A DNA stretch of 64,000 nucleotides, from the IMG/VR virus record IMGVR_UViG_3300023174_000117, positions 1-64,000 of that record; one strand, 5' to 3'. Shown in pieces: positions 46,376 to 56,858 of this stretch. The notes under the pieces are model-generated. The model made no database searches. It was not told the origin of the DNA and saw nothing but the letters and a program-made list of their open reading frames with translations. This DNA comes from a virus. Every line of letters begins with the position of its first letter. Positions within the stretch are counted from its first letter, which is position 1. Position numbers and translations under genes: made by a program.

Positions 46376-48520
46376 CTATTTTGTTAAAACTTTTTGATTT
46401 AAAATATTTTGAGAAATATAATCAATAAAATTATTTATATTGTTCTCAAGATCTTCGGTTGATTTGGAAAACTTCTCTGTATCTTCAGCTAGTTTTGCGA
46501 TAAATACTTCTGGCTCGGATATTTTATCGACAAGCGCAAAGATCTCCTCAACAACATCGACGTATTGAGAGCAGGAAATCGTCAAAGAGTCTATTTTTTC
46601 TGATACAGATGAGATATCTTTAATCTCGTTCATTATCTGTAGAGATGATTTGATGACAGATAGAGCGTCAAAAACTCTTTTTGCGTTTCTTCGGCAAGAC
46701 TGCTGATAAGCACCTTTGTAGGTTTTTATTAATTCGGGCTTATCTTTTATTTTTGAGAATTCTTGATTATTAGCTTGTAGCTTATCTAATACGATTGAAA
46801 CTAAATCTAAAGATTTTTTTAATTTCAAGTAAGCCTTTTTTGCCTCAGACTTTATGGAATCTGGAATAGGTATTCCAGAAACTTTCTTGAATTCCGCCGA
46901 AGAGATGTATCTAAAGTTTTTGCCACCAAATCTTTCGGACGCAACTCTTATGATCTGGCTTGGTTCTAAATCATTTGATATTGTAAATACCTCGCTGGCC
47001 CAAAGATCAGGATGAACCAAAAGCTCTTCTTCAGCCCTCTTCAGAATAAGCTTCTTTAAAAGATCTGAATTTTCTATATTTCTAGTTGCGAATACAACTT
47101 TATCTCCGGAAGCAATGCTTTTGTTTAATTCATAAATTATTCTTCTTGCTTCAGGATTCGTGTTGCTTTCTTTTGCCATAAAATTAGAAAAGCTACCCAA
47201 TTTATTTGGGATAACCGAATAATCTTTGTATTGACCCACCTTGGAAAGAAATTCTTTCAATCCGATAATCTTGGAGGACTCGCCTTTGCTAGATAGGGAA
47301 GATTTTTTAAATATCTTTATTTTTGCATCCTTATCGAAGATGATTTGATCAAAATCAAAGATAGAAACATTTGAATTAAAATCACTGCTAGAAGCAATTT
47401 TAGATAGGGGAGGGATGGAGAAAGGACTGGTGCCACTAATTATATCGTAATTTTTAAATTCAATTTTTTTATTTGAAAATTTTGTTATACGATGATAAGT
47501 TGGCCTATCAGAAGTCAGCTCCTTTGTCGAAGAGTACTTCTCAAACTGTTCGCCATTTACTGAGGATACAGTTATTTTATCGCCAACATTTATTCCTAAT
47601 TTATCGGAAGTTTCTCCGAGAACTTCCAGAACGCATGAAATATTCGCTGCACCAAAACTGCCGATTGTCCCCGGAATAATATTCTTGCAGATCTTCTTTA
47701 TCTTATTGTCTGCATCGATAAAAATTATGTCAATTGGAAAATCCACTGTCCCCATGTGATACATTACATCTTGAGGCCTGTCGTATGGGAAAATCAGACC
47801 GGAACCATATTTTAATCTAGGGTAAGTTTGAAGTCCTGCAATTTTGTCTTCTATATTTGATGCAACGTCACAAATAAACCAGGCTTTTCCATCGAGACTT
47901 TTTGAGTCAGATATTTCTATTGATGCGACCTTTGAAATCTCATTCTTCTCTACGTAGTAAAGACCATCATTATGATCGCTCTCTTTTATTTCAAAGCCTA
48001 ACTTGCTGAGATAATCGACAGACTTCTTATTTGCATTTACAATAACACCCTTGCAGACTGGTCTCGAATACTGACTGATGTTGAAAAAAATTCTTTTTTG
48101 ATCTTCTGGTGTAAAATCCTCAAGATTAATTAGGAATCCGGAAAACTTCTTCATAATGGGAGAATTCCTCAGATCAATTCTTAGGAAATCATCTCCTCCC
48201 TTTGAAGAAAATTTAATCACAGAGTCGCCTACATCATTACCGGGGTCTATGTTGTAGGTGATTACAGTTCCATATTTACCTACAGATGAGCTTATTTTCT
48301 GCAGAGTCTTCTGAAAAGAATTTTTTGACAAGCTCAAAGTTACGTCAGGATCTTGATCTGAAACATCACTGATATGGCCTTGCTCATAGGAATCCACTGG
48401 AGAAAATGGTACTCCGGAATCATACCTTATTTCGCTTCCATGCTCTTTTTGGGTGGCAGTTTCGAAATTTTTATTTCGCTGACTTTCCAATGTTAGTAAT
48501 GATTCTGAATTTTTGCGCAT
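46376..48520 (-). CDS. Multidomain protein containing a DUF192-like domain
   Basis: DVA....K..GL......GLIF.Y.....HM..VDFPIDIIFID...VLEV......GI.VGD at about 47570-47890. Helical C-terminus. Confidence 0.65.
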   Translation of the reverse strand: MRKNSESLLTLESQRNKNFETATQKEHGSEIRYDSGVPFSPVDSYEQGHISDVSDQDPDVTLSLSKNSFQKTLQKISSSVGKYGTVITYNIDPGNDVGDSVIKFSSKGGDDFLRIDLRNSPIMKKFSGFLINLEDFTPEDQKRIFFNISQYSRPVCKGVIVNANKKSVDYLSKLGFEIKESDHNDGLYYVEKNEISKVASIEISDSKSLDGKAWFICDVASNIEDKIAGLQTYPRLKYGSGLIFPYDRPQDVMYHMGTVDFPIDIIFIDADNKIKKICKNIIPGTIGSFGAANISCVLEVLGETSDKLGINVGDKITVSSVNGEQFEKYSSTKELTSDRPTYHRITKFSNKKIEFKNYDIISGTSPFSIPPLSKIASSSDFNSNVSIFDFDQIIFDKDAKIKIFKKSSLSSKGESSKIIGLKEFLSKVGQYKDYSVIPNKLGSFSNFMAKESNTNPEARRIIYELNKSIASGDKVVFATRNIENSDLLKKLILKRAEEELLVHPDLWASEVFTISNDLEPSQIIRVASERFGGKNFRYISSAEFKKVSGIPIPDSIKSEAKKAYLKLKKSLDLVSIVLDKLQANNQEFSKIKDKPELIKTYKGAYQQSCRRNAKRVFDALSVIKSSLQIMNEIKDISSVSEKIDSLTISCSQYVDVVEEIFALVDKISEPEVFIAKLAEDTEKFSKSTEDLENNINNFIDYISQNILNQKVLTK

Positions 48521-48529
48521 AAGTAGCCT

Positions 48530-49582
48530 CTAGATATGTTTCTTTAGTTCTTCTAAAACAGCCTTAATAAAATAACCATCTTTTCCGTTTAATATATTCT
48601 TAACAAGAGCGATACTCGTTCCGATTGCTGCACCGGCAGGAGTTTTCTTAGCAACCATCTCGGATACATTAAGGTTGGATATCCTACCTCTTATGTTGGC
48701 CCTCGCCTTATTCCTTGAATTCATAGAAAACTTAGAAATCATTATCATGATGATTTTTGAAATTTGCTCGCCAACCGTCTTTGGATCGGTAGAAACAACC
48801 TGAGCCTCCTTGAGAAGTCCTATGTTAGATACGACCTCTTTATAAGCCAACTCCTTTGCCTTGTCTAGTGGTAATCCTGAGTCAAAATGCTTTCTAATTG
48901 ATTTTGAAAAATCCATGGAAAATTTTTGAATCTTTTTACTCGAATCAGGCATATCAGACATATATATCTTGTATATATAATCTATATATAGTGACTCATA
49001 AGATATTTTTTCAACTTCAGCATTTTTAACAATTAAGAAATTTAAAAAATCAGAAAGAACAACGTTACCGGAGACATCCGATACGTTTTTTAGATTGTGT
49101 AGAGTATTTCTGATATCATTGCTTATTTTTTCATCATCCTCAATGGATGTTTTTAGATTATACATATCCGGCGTTATTTTGGGATTAATCTCCGCCGGGA
49201 GTCCCGAAGAAACTGGATAGGAGTCTCCAGGCATAATAAACCCAAATCTCCCTCCATTCTCAGTGTTGCTTTCATCGCCCCCAACGAGAGAGGGTATGTT
49301 TGCAAAATCAACTAATTCATCTGCAGGTCTAGAGCTGTATGATGTCTTTTTTATCTTTTTTTCGGTCTTGCCAAAGCCAGGCTTGTTCACCATCTCGCTC
49401 ATAGTATGAGCTTTATACTTCTTTGGTTTAAAGCTTGTTTTTCCATCTCCATCCGGATCTTTCAGCTTTCCCTTTCCCTGAACTAAGTCGGTAATTGTAA
49501 AAATTACCTCCTTTCCAGATGGAGATTTTGTTTTATAAAGAGAGGTTGTGGCAGAGCCATTGAAAGCTTTCTTGTTATTCAT
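48530..49582 (-). CDS. Hypothetical head-associated protein
   Basis: 350 aa after the portal gene. CTGCTAATA motif upstream (49597-49605). Confidence 0.6.
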   Translation of the reverse strand: MNNKKAFNGSATTSLYKTKSPSGKEVIFTITDLVQGKGKLKDPDGDGKTSFKPKKYKAHTMSEMVNKPGFGKTEKKIKKTSYSSRPADELVDFANIPSLVGGDESNTENGGRFGFIMPGDSYPVSSGLPAEINPKITPDMYNLKTSIEDDEKISNDIRNTLHNLKNVSDVSGNVVLSDFLNFLIVKNAEVEKISYESLYIDYIYKIYMSDMPDSSKKIQKFSMDFSKSIRKHFDSGLPLDKAKELAYKEVVSNIGLLKEAQVVSTDPKTVGEQISKIIMIMISKFSMNSRNKARANIRGRISNLNVSEMVAKKTPAGAAIGTSIALVKNILNGKDGYFIKAVLEELKKHI

Positions 49583-49609
49583 AGTTTTTATTTTAATATT
49601 AGCAGGTTG

Positions 49610-51262
49610 TTAAGCTGGAGTTGGAGGCTCCCCGCCCGCAGGAGAAGATGACATTCCTGGCAACCCGCCTCCACCACCAGCCGCTGGTTCTGCGGGAGTG
49701 ACTTCTTCTGGTGGCTCCGGTATTGCTTTTTCTGGGTCAAGAGACAGTAGTTCCGATAGTCTCATGTTTCCAAGGATGCTCTTTTCCTTGTTTGTAATTG
49801 CTTCGTGAATAGCCTCTTCTCTTAATCTCTTTTGCTCTTCTTCGTAGCTTAGACCCAAGCTTCTGCATAGAGTCTGAACTGAGATTTGCTTATTACCAAC
49901 ATAATTACCTAAGGTTTGGACGTAATCATTCAAATCGTATAGATTCATATGGTTGAAGTCGATAGAAGGAACTTGAAGTCTTTTTTCGCCATCAACATAT
50001 TCAAAGAAATCTTGAAGCTCGCACATTGGGGCGAAAATTTTGCGCTCCAACCATTTTTTAATCATATTTCGGAATATATCATAACGCTGCCTTAGGACTT
50101 CAAGACCAACAGAAGATGAGGCATAGGATGCTCCCTCTTGATCAAACAATGCCTTTGGTGCCATAAGCCCATTATACAAGTTATTCATAATAAACTCTAA
50201 ATCCGAACCCACATCAAGTGTTGCGCCGGAGAATCCAACTCTAGCAATATCGACATTATTATGAGTGACAATTTTGAAATCTTTGTCGTATTGAGCTTCC
50301 TCAAGAACCTGTCTAAAAGCCTCAATGTCATTTTGAGTTGGTTTGTATTCATCACCGCCAAGCTTGACGAGAGTTATAGGGTTAATCATTCCGTCGGCCT
50401 GAGCAAATTTTGATTCACGAATTTTATCTAAAAGCATCAAGTCTTTGTAAACAGAAACGATAATTGAAGTACCCCTTATATCATAAGGTGAGCTTAGGAG
50501 TTTTAGGTGTGATACGTTAAATGTATCAAGTGGAATATTCTGATTTCTTCTCACATAATCAAGAATATGTGTTGGTAACTTGGATTTTATAACCGCATCC
50601 GATGGATCGCTAGAAGTCGCCAGTCTTTTCAGTGTGGCATCTGGCATGAGAGAAACTATAGTTTGGTCACCTATTACAGACTTTTTAACATGCACATAGT
50701 CTGGATTTAAGATAGTTATTCTTTTCCATGTTCCAGATGCCTGATCTAGCTCGGAATAAGGAAAGACCTCTCCAAGCTTCCAATACTCCAAAGCAACACC
50801 ATAAACTATTGAATAAAGATCGATTTTCTCAGACCACTCCAAGAAAAACTGCTGAACCTTTTTATTCTTGCAAGAGATGTTTATTTTGCTTAGCGGATAA
50901 GATGAGTGGAGGTTTACTGCGTTTCTAACGATTGGATTGGTATCGTAATAGATACGATTCCAAGAGTTCATCGTTACGCGATCTCTTGGCAAATTTAGAT
51001 TTGCAAGCAAGAATAGGGGCGAGAAAACATCAGGTGCCATACGATCTGTGTCGTGTGTTGTTTTCAAAGGCCCCATTGGGGAAGCGATTGAGCCCTGCTT
51101 TTTGAAGTTAGTGCTATGAGCAATTGCCGCATTGGGAACTAAGCTTGATGCCTCAGCTTTGTTAACAACTTCTGAAATTTGTGCCCTTCTAATCTCGCTA
51201 AGAGACTCGGAGGCATATTTTGAAATTTGAGATTCAGATGGCGGCCTACTAACTCTTCTCAT
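49610..51262 (-). CDS. Portal protein
   Basis: 550 aa right after the terminase. YYDTNPIVRNAVN, YWKLGEVFPY, ILNPDYV and HLK....YD.RGTS motifs. Pro-rich tail. Confidence 0.85.
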   Translation of the reverse strand: MRRVSRPPSESQISKYASESLSEIRRAQISEVVNKAEASSLVPNAAIAHSTNFKKQGSIASPMGPLKTTHDTDRMAPDVFSPLFLLANLNLPRDRVTMNSWNRIYYDTNPIVRNAVNLHSSYPLSKINISCKNKKVQQFFLEWSEKIDLYSIVYGVALEYWKLGEVFPYSELDQASGTWKRITILNPDYVHVKKSVIGDQTIVSLMPDATLKRLATSSDPSDAVIKSKLPTHILDYVRRNQNIPLDTFNVSHLKLLSSPYDIRGTSIIVSVYKDLMLLDKIRESKFAQADGMINPITLVKLGGDEYKPTQNDIEAFRQVLEEAQYDKDFKIVTHNNVDIARVGFSGATLDVGSDLEFIMNNLYNGLMAPKALFDQEGASYASSSVGLEVLRQRYDIFRNMIKKWLERKIFAPMCELQDFFEYVDGEKRLQVPSIDFNHMNLYDLNDYVQTLGNYVGNKQISVQTLCRSLGLSYEEEQKRLREEAIHEAITNKEKSILGNMRLSELLSLDPEKAIPEPPEEVTPAEPAAGGGGGLPGMSSSPAGGEPPTPA

Positions 51263-51265
51263 TTT

Positions 51266-54112
51266 TTACATCCTTCTTGTCACATGAGCCAGGACTGGTT
51301 TTGGCATAACAGTTTCGCTATTATTTATACCTGGTTTAATAGTAAAACCTTTAGTTAAATCAAATTTATATGCCATATAGGCATACATAAGTGCCATAAG
51401 ACCGTCGTTAGGCGAATTACCCTTTATATATGTTTTTATCGGCTGACCACCAACAACTCTGATGGATGATTCCATAGACGTGCAATGATCGATGAGCCAT
51501 TCAATATACTCAAAGCTTTTCCACGGAAATCTTATCTTTCCTTTTCTAAAGTTATCAAAGATTTCTTCAACCAAAAGATCTTTATTATAAGAGACTATCA
51601 ATTCGTCATCTCTGAATTTCAGAGGCTTTAATAAATTTCCGCTTCCCTGGGCGCCTAAAAATTTATCGCCATAATGCCTTTGAAGATCATGAACAACGTC
51701 CTGACCAAAGAACCAGTCAGACACGCCGAGTTTTACCCCAAATCTTTTATACATCTCATTTATTGTCTCTTTCTTATAATCAAAGTCTTGCTTCTTTAAT
51801 TTATGGGCATGCTCAACAAGAAGTGTTCCGTCGGGCATAGCAGAAAGAATAACAACACAGGAGTATGACTGACCCACGTTGGAGGAATTATCATCGTCTT
51901 TGCCACCCCAGTCAACTCCAAGATAAGTTGTCTTTTCTCTGGGCAAAATCCTTTTGGCAAGAGAACGATCTGCATCTCGGCATTTTTCATATATTTCAGC
52001 CCTAGTTATTGGAAGTCCCGCTCCAGAGAAAAATTCTCCAACAACCTCGTTCTTATAAATCCTATCTGTCTGAAGTGGGTTATTTTCAGGCATAAGGTTT
52101 AGAATATTTTCTTTTGTAAAGTAAGGGATATATAGCTGATTTATATGAAAACCTACGAATTTACAATCCTCTGATTTTCTTGAGGCTACCCACATGCCGT
52201 TTTCAATTGCATCTACTTTATTCTGTTCGCAGGAACAAAGTGGACACTTTATTGTGTAACCGGAGACCCAGATGTCCAACCAGTCTCTGCTTTCGGGAAG
52301 ATAAAAAGGATAAGTCCCTTTGCAATTCTTGCAGCCAAGATGATAATATCTCTGATCAGACATATCCCACATGGATGAGAAATAACTATTCTTTTCCTTT
52401 GGTGTTCCAAAGTAAACTTGAACGCCAGTGCCAACAGGACCATATTTTGCTGCGGTCAATATTTTTGTTGCGTTTCCAATTGACTGTGCAAACATGTCCT
52501 GACAATTGCTGACTACTATTCCTCCAAGATTTTTGCTAGTTTTTGAAGTAGTTACGATAAAATTGTGGTTGTCCTCAACCTCAATATCATAAACAACTTC
52601 TTTGTAATCTAATTTTATTATTTTATCAACAGATGTGACACTAGTTACAAGTTTTCCTTCATTCCATTCATATTTATCATTATCAGTGTTTAGAATTTCA
52701 TATGATATATTGTCATGAACATATGGAGAAATTAGTTCGGATAACTTCTTAAAACTATCCTCATTAAAATATATTGAATAATACTTCTTATCCTTTTTTG
52801 CACCAGAAAGATAAGATTTGTAGTGACAATCTATTCCAAGTGACTTAAATTTTTCAACGAATCTTTTCTGTGAATCTTCATCAAAAGAACGGGTTGATAA
52901 ACACACAGAGCCGGATTCACCCCATTTTTTAACGCTACCATTATCCATAAACCATATGGCAATACCTCTTTCATCAAGGCTATCCAAAACCCATTGAGGG
53001 CAACTAACCTTATTCTTTGGTAAAGCCGAATTCAAGCCAAACAACTTGGTAGTAAATTTGATGGCCGGCTTTTTACTAAAGCCATTTTCTTCTATTGTAG
53101 CAATACTAGAATCAAAAAATGATGCCTTCCACTTGCAATAATTTGATTGTGATTCTCCATGAATCACGCTCATCCTGTATTTTCCATTTCCACTACTTGC
53201 AATGGAGCCGGCGCCAAGAAATGAACCCAAAACTATTTGTAATTGATCAGAATTTAAATTTCTAACGAATGTTTTTGTGGCCGGGGAGGACATTATCAGG
53301 CTTCCGATCGTGAGATTTTCCGCCATAATCCAGCCTTTAGTTGTTAAAAATTTATGATTTGGCGTACATCTGACTACCCTATTTCCAAGATGTAGCTCTA
53401 ATAAACTTCTCTCGCCTCTATTCCAAGCATTTTTAATCTTTTTAAATTCAAAAGACTTCAATTCTTCATTGTAGCTTTTTACAAATGGAAGTTGCTCACC
53501 TTTTGTAAATAGGTCAAATATTTTTCCTATTTCTATTTTTCCAGAATCAGTCTCTATAAATGTGTTGTATGGAAAGCATTCATCAAAAAAGATAGCATCA
53601 ACGGTCATACCACGAATTCTGTCTGCATCTTCACCAATACTATCTATCCATAAAGTTCCGTTATTAAACTGCTTCATGGTTAGATTGTCTGCTGCGTTCG
53701 TTGATTTTAGCTTGTTCTTTATTAGAAAGTTATCTTTTGATGTTCTTATTAAGCTTTCTAACTTATCCTGAGAAAAACGCTTTACGAAATGAAGGGCGGG
53801 AAAGGCATGAAGAACCTTCATATTTTGAAACATACCACCATTTGTAAAATATAGATCTAAGGCGGCGGCCATCATAGTGGCACCAACCTGTCGACCCTTT
53901 TTGATTACAACTGGTTTCCCAATCTTCTGAGTTGATTGCAGACCTATATATCTATAAATGTCAACCATGAATTTCCAGCCGTTACCAATAATTCGGAACT
54001 CCTCTCCATCGAGTCTCAAATTATTTTGGATAAAGTAGGCTGGGTCTAAATCCAGAAAGTTGCTTTTTATATTATCAAATAGTTCTTGCTCTTTCTTTTT
54101 TAATTCATTCAT
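51266..54112 (-). CDS. terL: Terminase large subunit (lambda gpA-like, Zn-ribbon nuclease region), intein-containing
   Basis: Walker A KGRQVGAT, Walker B IFFDE, GTP coupling motif, CxxC/CxxC, GFHINQLY, GVDWG nuclease motif. About 590 aa after splicing. Confidence 0.9.
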   Translation of the reverse strand: MNELKKKEQELFDNIKSNFLDLDPAYFIQNNLRLDGEEFRIIGNGWKFMVDIYRYIGLQSTQKIGKPVVIKKGRQVGATMMAAALDLYFTNGGMFQNMKVLHAFPALHFVKRFSQDKLESLIRTSKDNFLIKNKLKSTNAADNLTMKQFNNGTLWIDSIGEDADRIRGMTVDAIFFDECFPYNTFIETDSGKIEIGKIFDLFTKGEQLPFVKSYNEELKSFEFKKIKNAWNRGERSLLELHLGNRVVRCTPNHKFLTTKGWIMAENLTIGSLIMSSPATKTFVRNLNSDQLQIVLGSFLGAGSIASSGNGKYRMSVIHGESQSNYCKWKASFFDSSIATIEENGFSKKPAIKFTTKLFGLNSALPKNKVSCPQWVLDSLDERGIAIWFMDNGSVKKWGESGSVCLSTRSFDEDSQKRFVEKFKSLGIDCHYKSYLSGAKKDKKYYSIYFNEDSFKKLSELISPYVHDNISYEILNTDNDKYEWNEGKLVTSVTSVDKIIKLDYKEVVYDIEVEDNHNFIVTTSKTSKNLGGIVVSNCQDMFAQSIGNATKILTAAKYGPVGTGVQVYFGTPKEKNSYFSSMWDMSDQRYYHLGCKNCKGTYPFYLPESRDWLDIWVSGYTIKCPLCSCEQNKVDAIENGMWVASRKSEDCKFVGFHINQLYIPYFTKENILNLMPENNPLQTDRIYKNEVVGEFFSGAGLPITRAEIYEKCRDADRSLAKRILPREKTTYLGVDWGGKDDDNSSNVGQSYSCVVILSAMPDGTLLVEHAHKLKKQDFDYKKETINEMYKRFGVKLGVSDWFFGQDVVHDLQRHYGDKFLGAQGSGNLLKPLKFRDDELIVSYNKDLLVEEIFDNFRKGKIRFPWKSFEYIEWLIDHCTSMESSIRVVGGQPIKTYIKGNSPNDGLMALMYAYMAYKFDLTKGFTIKPGINNSETVMPKPVLAHVTRRM
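52505..53578 (-). mobile_element. Intein with degenerate LAGLIDADG endonuclease
   Basis: Begins CFPYNT right after Walker B. Block B CTPNHKF; block F VYDIEVEDNHNF; ends VVSN before a +1 Cys. 358 aa. Confidence 0.92.
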
Positions 54113-54124
54113 AGAGACATATTA

Positions 54125-54697
54125 CTACTTTTGAATTGGCATCGCATGATTATAATAATCTGCGATATCATCCCCCTGCATTGGATCTACTTCCAATTGT
54201 TTATAAACTATAGGTTCTCTGGCTGATGGGATCTTACTTTTGATACTTGCGACAAATCTCTTCAGTTTGTCGAGATCTATCTTGAGCTGATCCATATCTG
54301 AGAAATTATCACGACATCTCTGAATGACATTTAGCTGATCTAAATGTGGCTCGCTTGAAAGCATATCTGAGATGAATTTTTTTATCTCATCAACCTTTCT
54401 AACTTTATCGCAAATACAAGATGCACCCTTGCCGCAGGAGCACTCCTTGGAAGCGGTCTTGCTATTGGTTTCTTCAGAACCTTCCTTTATGTTTGTGAAG
54501 GTTTCAAAGCCAACTCTGCTCATGATATCCTTCATTTTATCTTCAATTGTTGCGAATTTTTCATTTCTGTGAAAAACTCCAGGTGGAGGCGGCGGCGCAA
54601 CATTTGCAATCTTTGGAAGATTCTTGGCAAAATTGTCTAACCAATCAACGGTTATGTTGTATTTCTCAACCTCATCTGTTCTTGTTATTTTTGTCAT
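54125..54697 (-). CDS. Hypothetical protein
   Basis: 190 aa with a CSC...CIC cluster and K-x-A motifs. Confidence 0.6.
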   Translation of the reverse strand: MTKITRTDEVEKYNITVDWLDNFAKNLPKIANVAPPPPPGVFHRNEKFATIEDKMKDIMSRVGFETFTNIKEGSEETNSKTASKECSCGKGASCICDKVRKVDEIKKFISDMLSSEPHLDQLNVIQRCRDNFSDMDQLKIDLDKLKRFVASIKSKIPSAREPIVYKQLEVDPMQGDDIADYYNHAMPIQK

Positions 54698-54714
54698 TTT
54701 AAGTCCAATAGGTA

Positions 54715-55611
54715 TTATGAGAAATAATTTTTTATAAATTCAATTCCGTAGTTTTCCTCTCCAGACTTCTCGGGGTCATGAGAGAATGTTCCACGATCTT
54801 TGAAGATTGGAAAGCCGCTATCCATAACAACCTGCATTATAGAGAGTTCGTCTCTCTCAGTTAGATCATATTTTTTCTTTAGAAAATCAAATACTTGCTC
54901 GAAAGGCTTTCCTCCGGCAACAACTGAGTTTATCAATATTCCAGATATTGCTCTTTCAAATGGAGTTACTACAACTCTTAGCTTTGGAGAAAATGCTTTC
55001 TTCTCCATGGCTTCGTCGCCAATCATTTTGTCATAAACAATTTCTATAGATTCGTCCATGCCCTCAAAGGCTTCCTTATCTAGGCTGGCGCTCTTTTTCA
55101 TGCCCTTCAGCTCTGATTTTAATTTTGTCAGATGGTCTTTTAGGACTATAAGATCTTTCATGATCGAAACTCTTACTTCTTCGAGTCTCACGACATCTAA
55201 AATGTTATCCATATCCTTTTTTATTGCCGATGAAATTTCTTTGTTTATACCATCGAGGAATCTTATTGCTCTCTCGCAACCAAGAGTGCTCTTTCCATCG
55301 TGACTTGGAATGCCACCTGGATACATGGATTCAACATATTTCATAAAGCTCTTTACGTTATTATTTTCTTTCCAGTCTTTGATAAAATCCTCTGGTGGAT
55401 GATCCATTACAACAGATTCCTGGTCATCGGCCGAATTTACAAGAGCATCGCTTCCTGGAATTTTCTCTTGGAAGACTATCTCTTCTACCTTTACGGGGTT
55501 TAAGCCTGAAGAATCCTCTGCGTAAGATACCTGAGATGTTTGTGGATTTGCTCCCGAAGAATCTTTTAATTCTTCAGAAAAAGCTACGACATAAAAATTG
55601 TTATCTTTCAT
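54715..55611 (-). CDS. Hypothetical head-associated protein
   Basis: 298 aa, GGAG RBS, KKSAS and EKKAF motifs. Confidence 0.6.
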   Translation of the reverse strand: MKDNNFYVVAFSEELKDSSGANPQTSQVSYAEDSSGLNPVKVEEIVFQEKIPGSDALVNSADDQESVVMDHPPEDFIKDWKENNNVKSFMKYVESMYPGGIPSHDGKSTLGCERAIRFLDGINKEISSAIKKDMDNILDVVRLEEVRVSIMKDLIVLKDHLTKLKSELKGMKKSASLDKEAFEGMDESIEIVYDKMIGDEAMEKKAFSPKLRVVVTPFERAISGILINSVVAGGKPFEQVFDFLKKKYDLTERDELSIMQVVMDSGFPIFKDRGTFSHDPEKSGEENYGIEFIKNYFS

Positions 55612-55623
55612 AAATTCTCCACT

Positions 55624-56022
55624 TTATGGTAAAAGACTGATAAGTCCATAATAAACTGTTCTAATATTATCATCGGCATAATATGGTAACGGATAAGAAT
55701 GGGTTGGGTTAGAAGTGTTGCCGACATACATGTGGGGATAAATTGGGCTTCCGTCCATAGGTATATTAGCAGAATTATTACTTGAGACACCCTCTCCAAA
55801 CTTACAATCAACAGATTTCTTTTGCTCTAATATAATATTTGCATAAGGACAAGCCCTGCCATCTTCTGCATTTAAAACATATACTCTTTGATTATATTCC
55901 TTATGTGCCTCTGTATCCTCAGAGTTCAAAGGAATCATTTCAAAGACTGATTTTCCAACAGACTTACAGGCTCCAGGTATCTGAAGCCCAAATGGACAGG
56001 TTTTTATCTTTCCTCTTAGCAT
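55624..56022 (-). CDS. Cys-containing hypothetical protein
   Basis: 132 aa, CPFGL...C...CPYA...C pattern. ATATTAATA upstream (56043-51). Confidence 0.6.
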   Translation of the reverse strand: MLRGKIKTCPFGLQIPGACKSVGKSVFEMIPLNSEDTEAHKEYNQRVYVLNAEDGRACPYANIILEQKKSVDCKFGEGVSSNNSANIPMDGSPIYPHMYVGNTSNPTHSYPLPYYADDNIRTVYYGLISLLP

Positions 56023-56067
56023 TTTTATAAATTACCAAAATATATTAATATATTGTTAAAATTTTTG

Positions 56068-56844
56068 CTATGACATATAGTCTAGAAGCAGACCCTTCCG
56101 TATTATATATTCTTTGTATGGACCAACGAGAGGAATTTTTTTGTAAAGTCCCATCTCTTTTATATAAAAGAATGTGGCCTCCGGATCTATCATCATTGCT
56201 TTGTTTATCTCGGAAGATTTTGAAAAGTCATCAGTATCGTTCTCGTCTTCTTTAGAATATATATTTTTAGAATAATCTATTATATCGCCATGAATATTAA
56301 ACCCCATCTTAACGGCAAGATGTATGGCCCTAAATATTCTTCTTTTGTCGTTACCTATAGATATTCTTGCGGGACATGGGGTTCTGATTATTTTATCGGA
56401 AATATCTCGAAGTCCTAGCTCGGTTGGATCGTAAATCTTTTCAGAGAAGAAATCTTGATGCATACTGTTTATTGTAAAATCTCTTGAAAAAGATTCTTTA
56501 AATTTTATTTTTTCAGGATGGTTCTGATTAACATAATCAGAGGCATTGGAATAAATTACATTGGAGCTAAAATCATAATTTTTTAACTCATCAAGTATAG
56601 ATACGTGCTTATCTTTAAACATCTTGAAAGTTTTATTTCTTATCGATGCAAAAAGAATGGATAGTCTGACGCAATCATTTGACATAGTTGTTATATCAAA
56701 GTCTTTTATTTCATCAAATGATAAACCTGAGCAATAATCTCTTACGGCGCCCCCAACGAGATATGGTTTACCAATAAGATACTCTCTGTGAAGCCGAGTC
56801 AGCAGCGAAAAGTCTTCGTAATTCTTTTTGTAGAAATCCCCCAT
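56068..56844 (-). CDS. CCA-adding enzyme / poly(A) polymerase family nucleotidyltransferase
   Basis: YLVGGAVRD, DFD catalytic pair, RDFTINS, DPT..G..D and D..R..RA motifs. Confidence 0.85.
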   Translation of the reverse strand: MGDFYKKNYEDFSLLTRLHREYLIGKPYLVGGAVRDYCSGLSFDEIKDFDITTMSNDCVRLSILFASIRNKTFKMFKDKHVSILDELKNYDFSSNVIYSNASDYVNQNHPEKIKFKESFSRDFTINSMHQDFFSEKIYDPTELGLRDISDKIIRTPCPARISIGNDKRRIFRAIHLAVKMGFNIHGDIIDYSKNIYSKEDENDTDDFSKSSEINKAMMIDPEATFFYIKEMGLYKKIPLVGPYKEYIIRKGLLLDYMS

Positions 56845-56858
56845 TTCTAATCCTTAGC

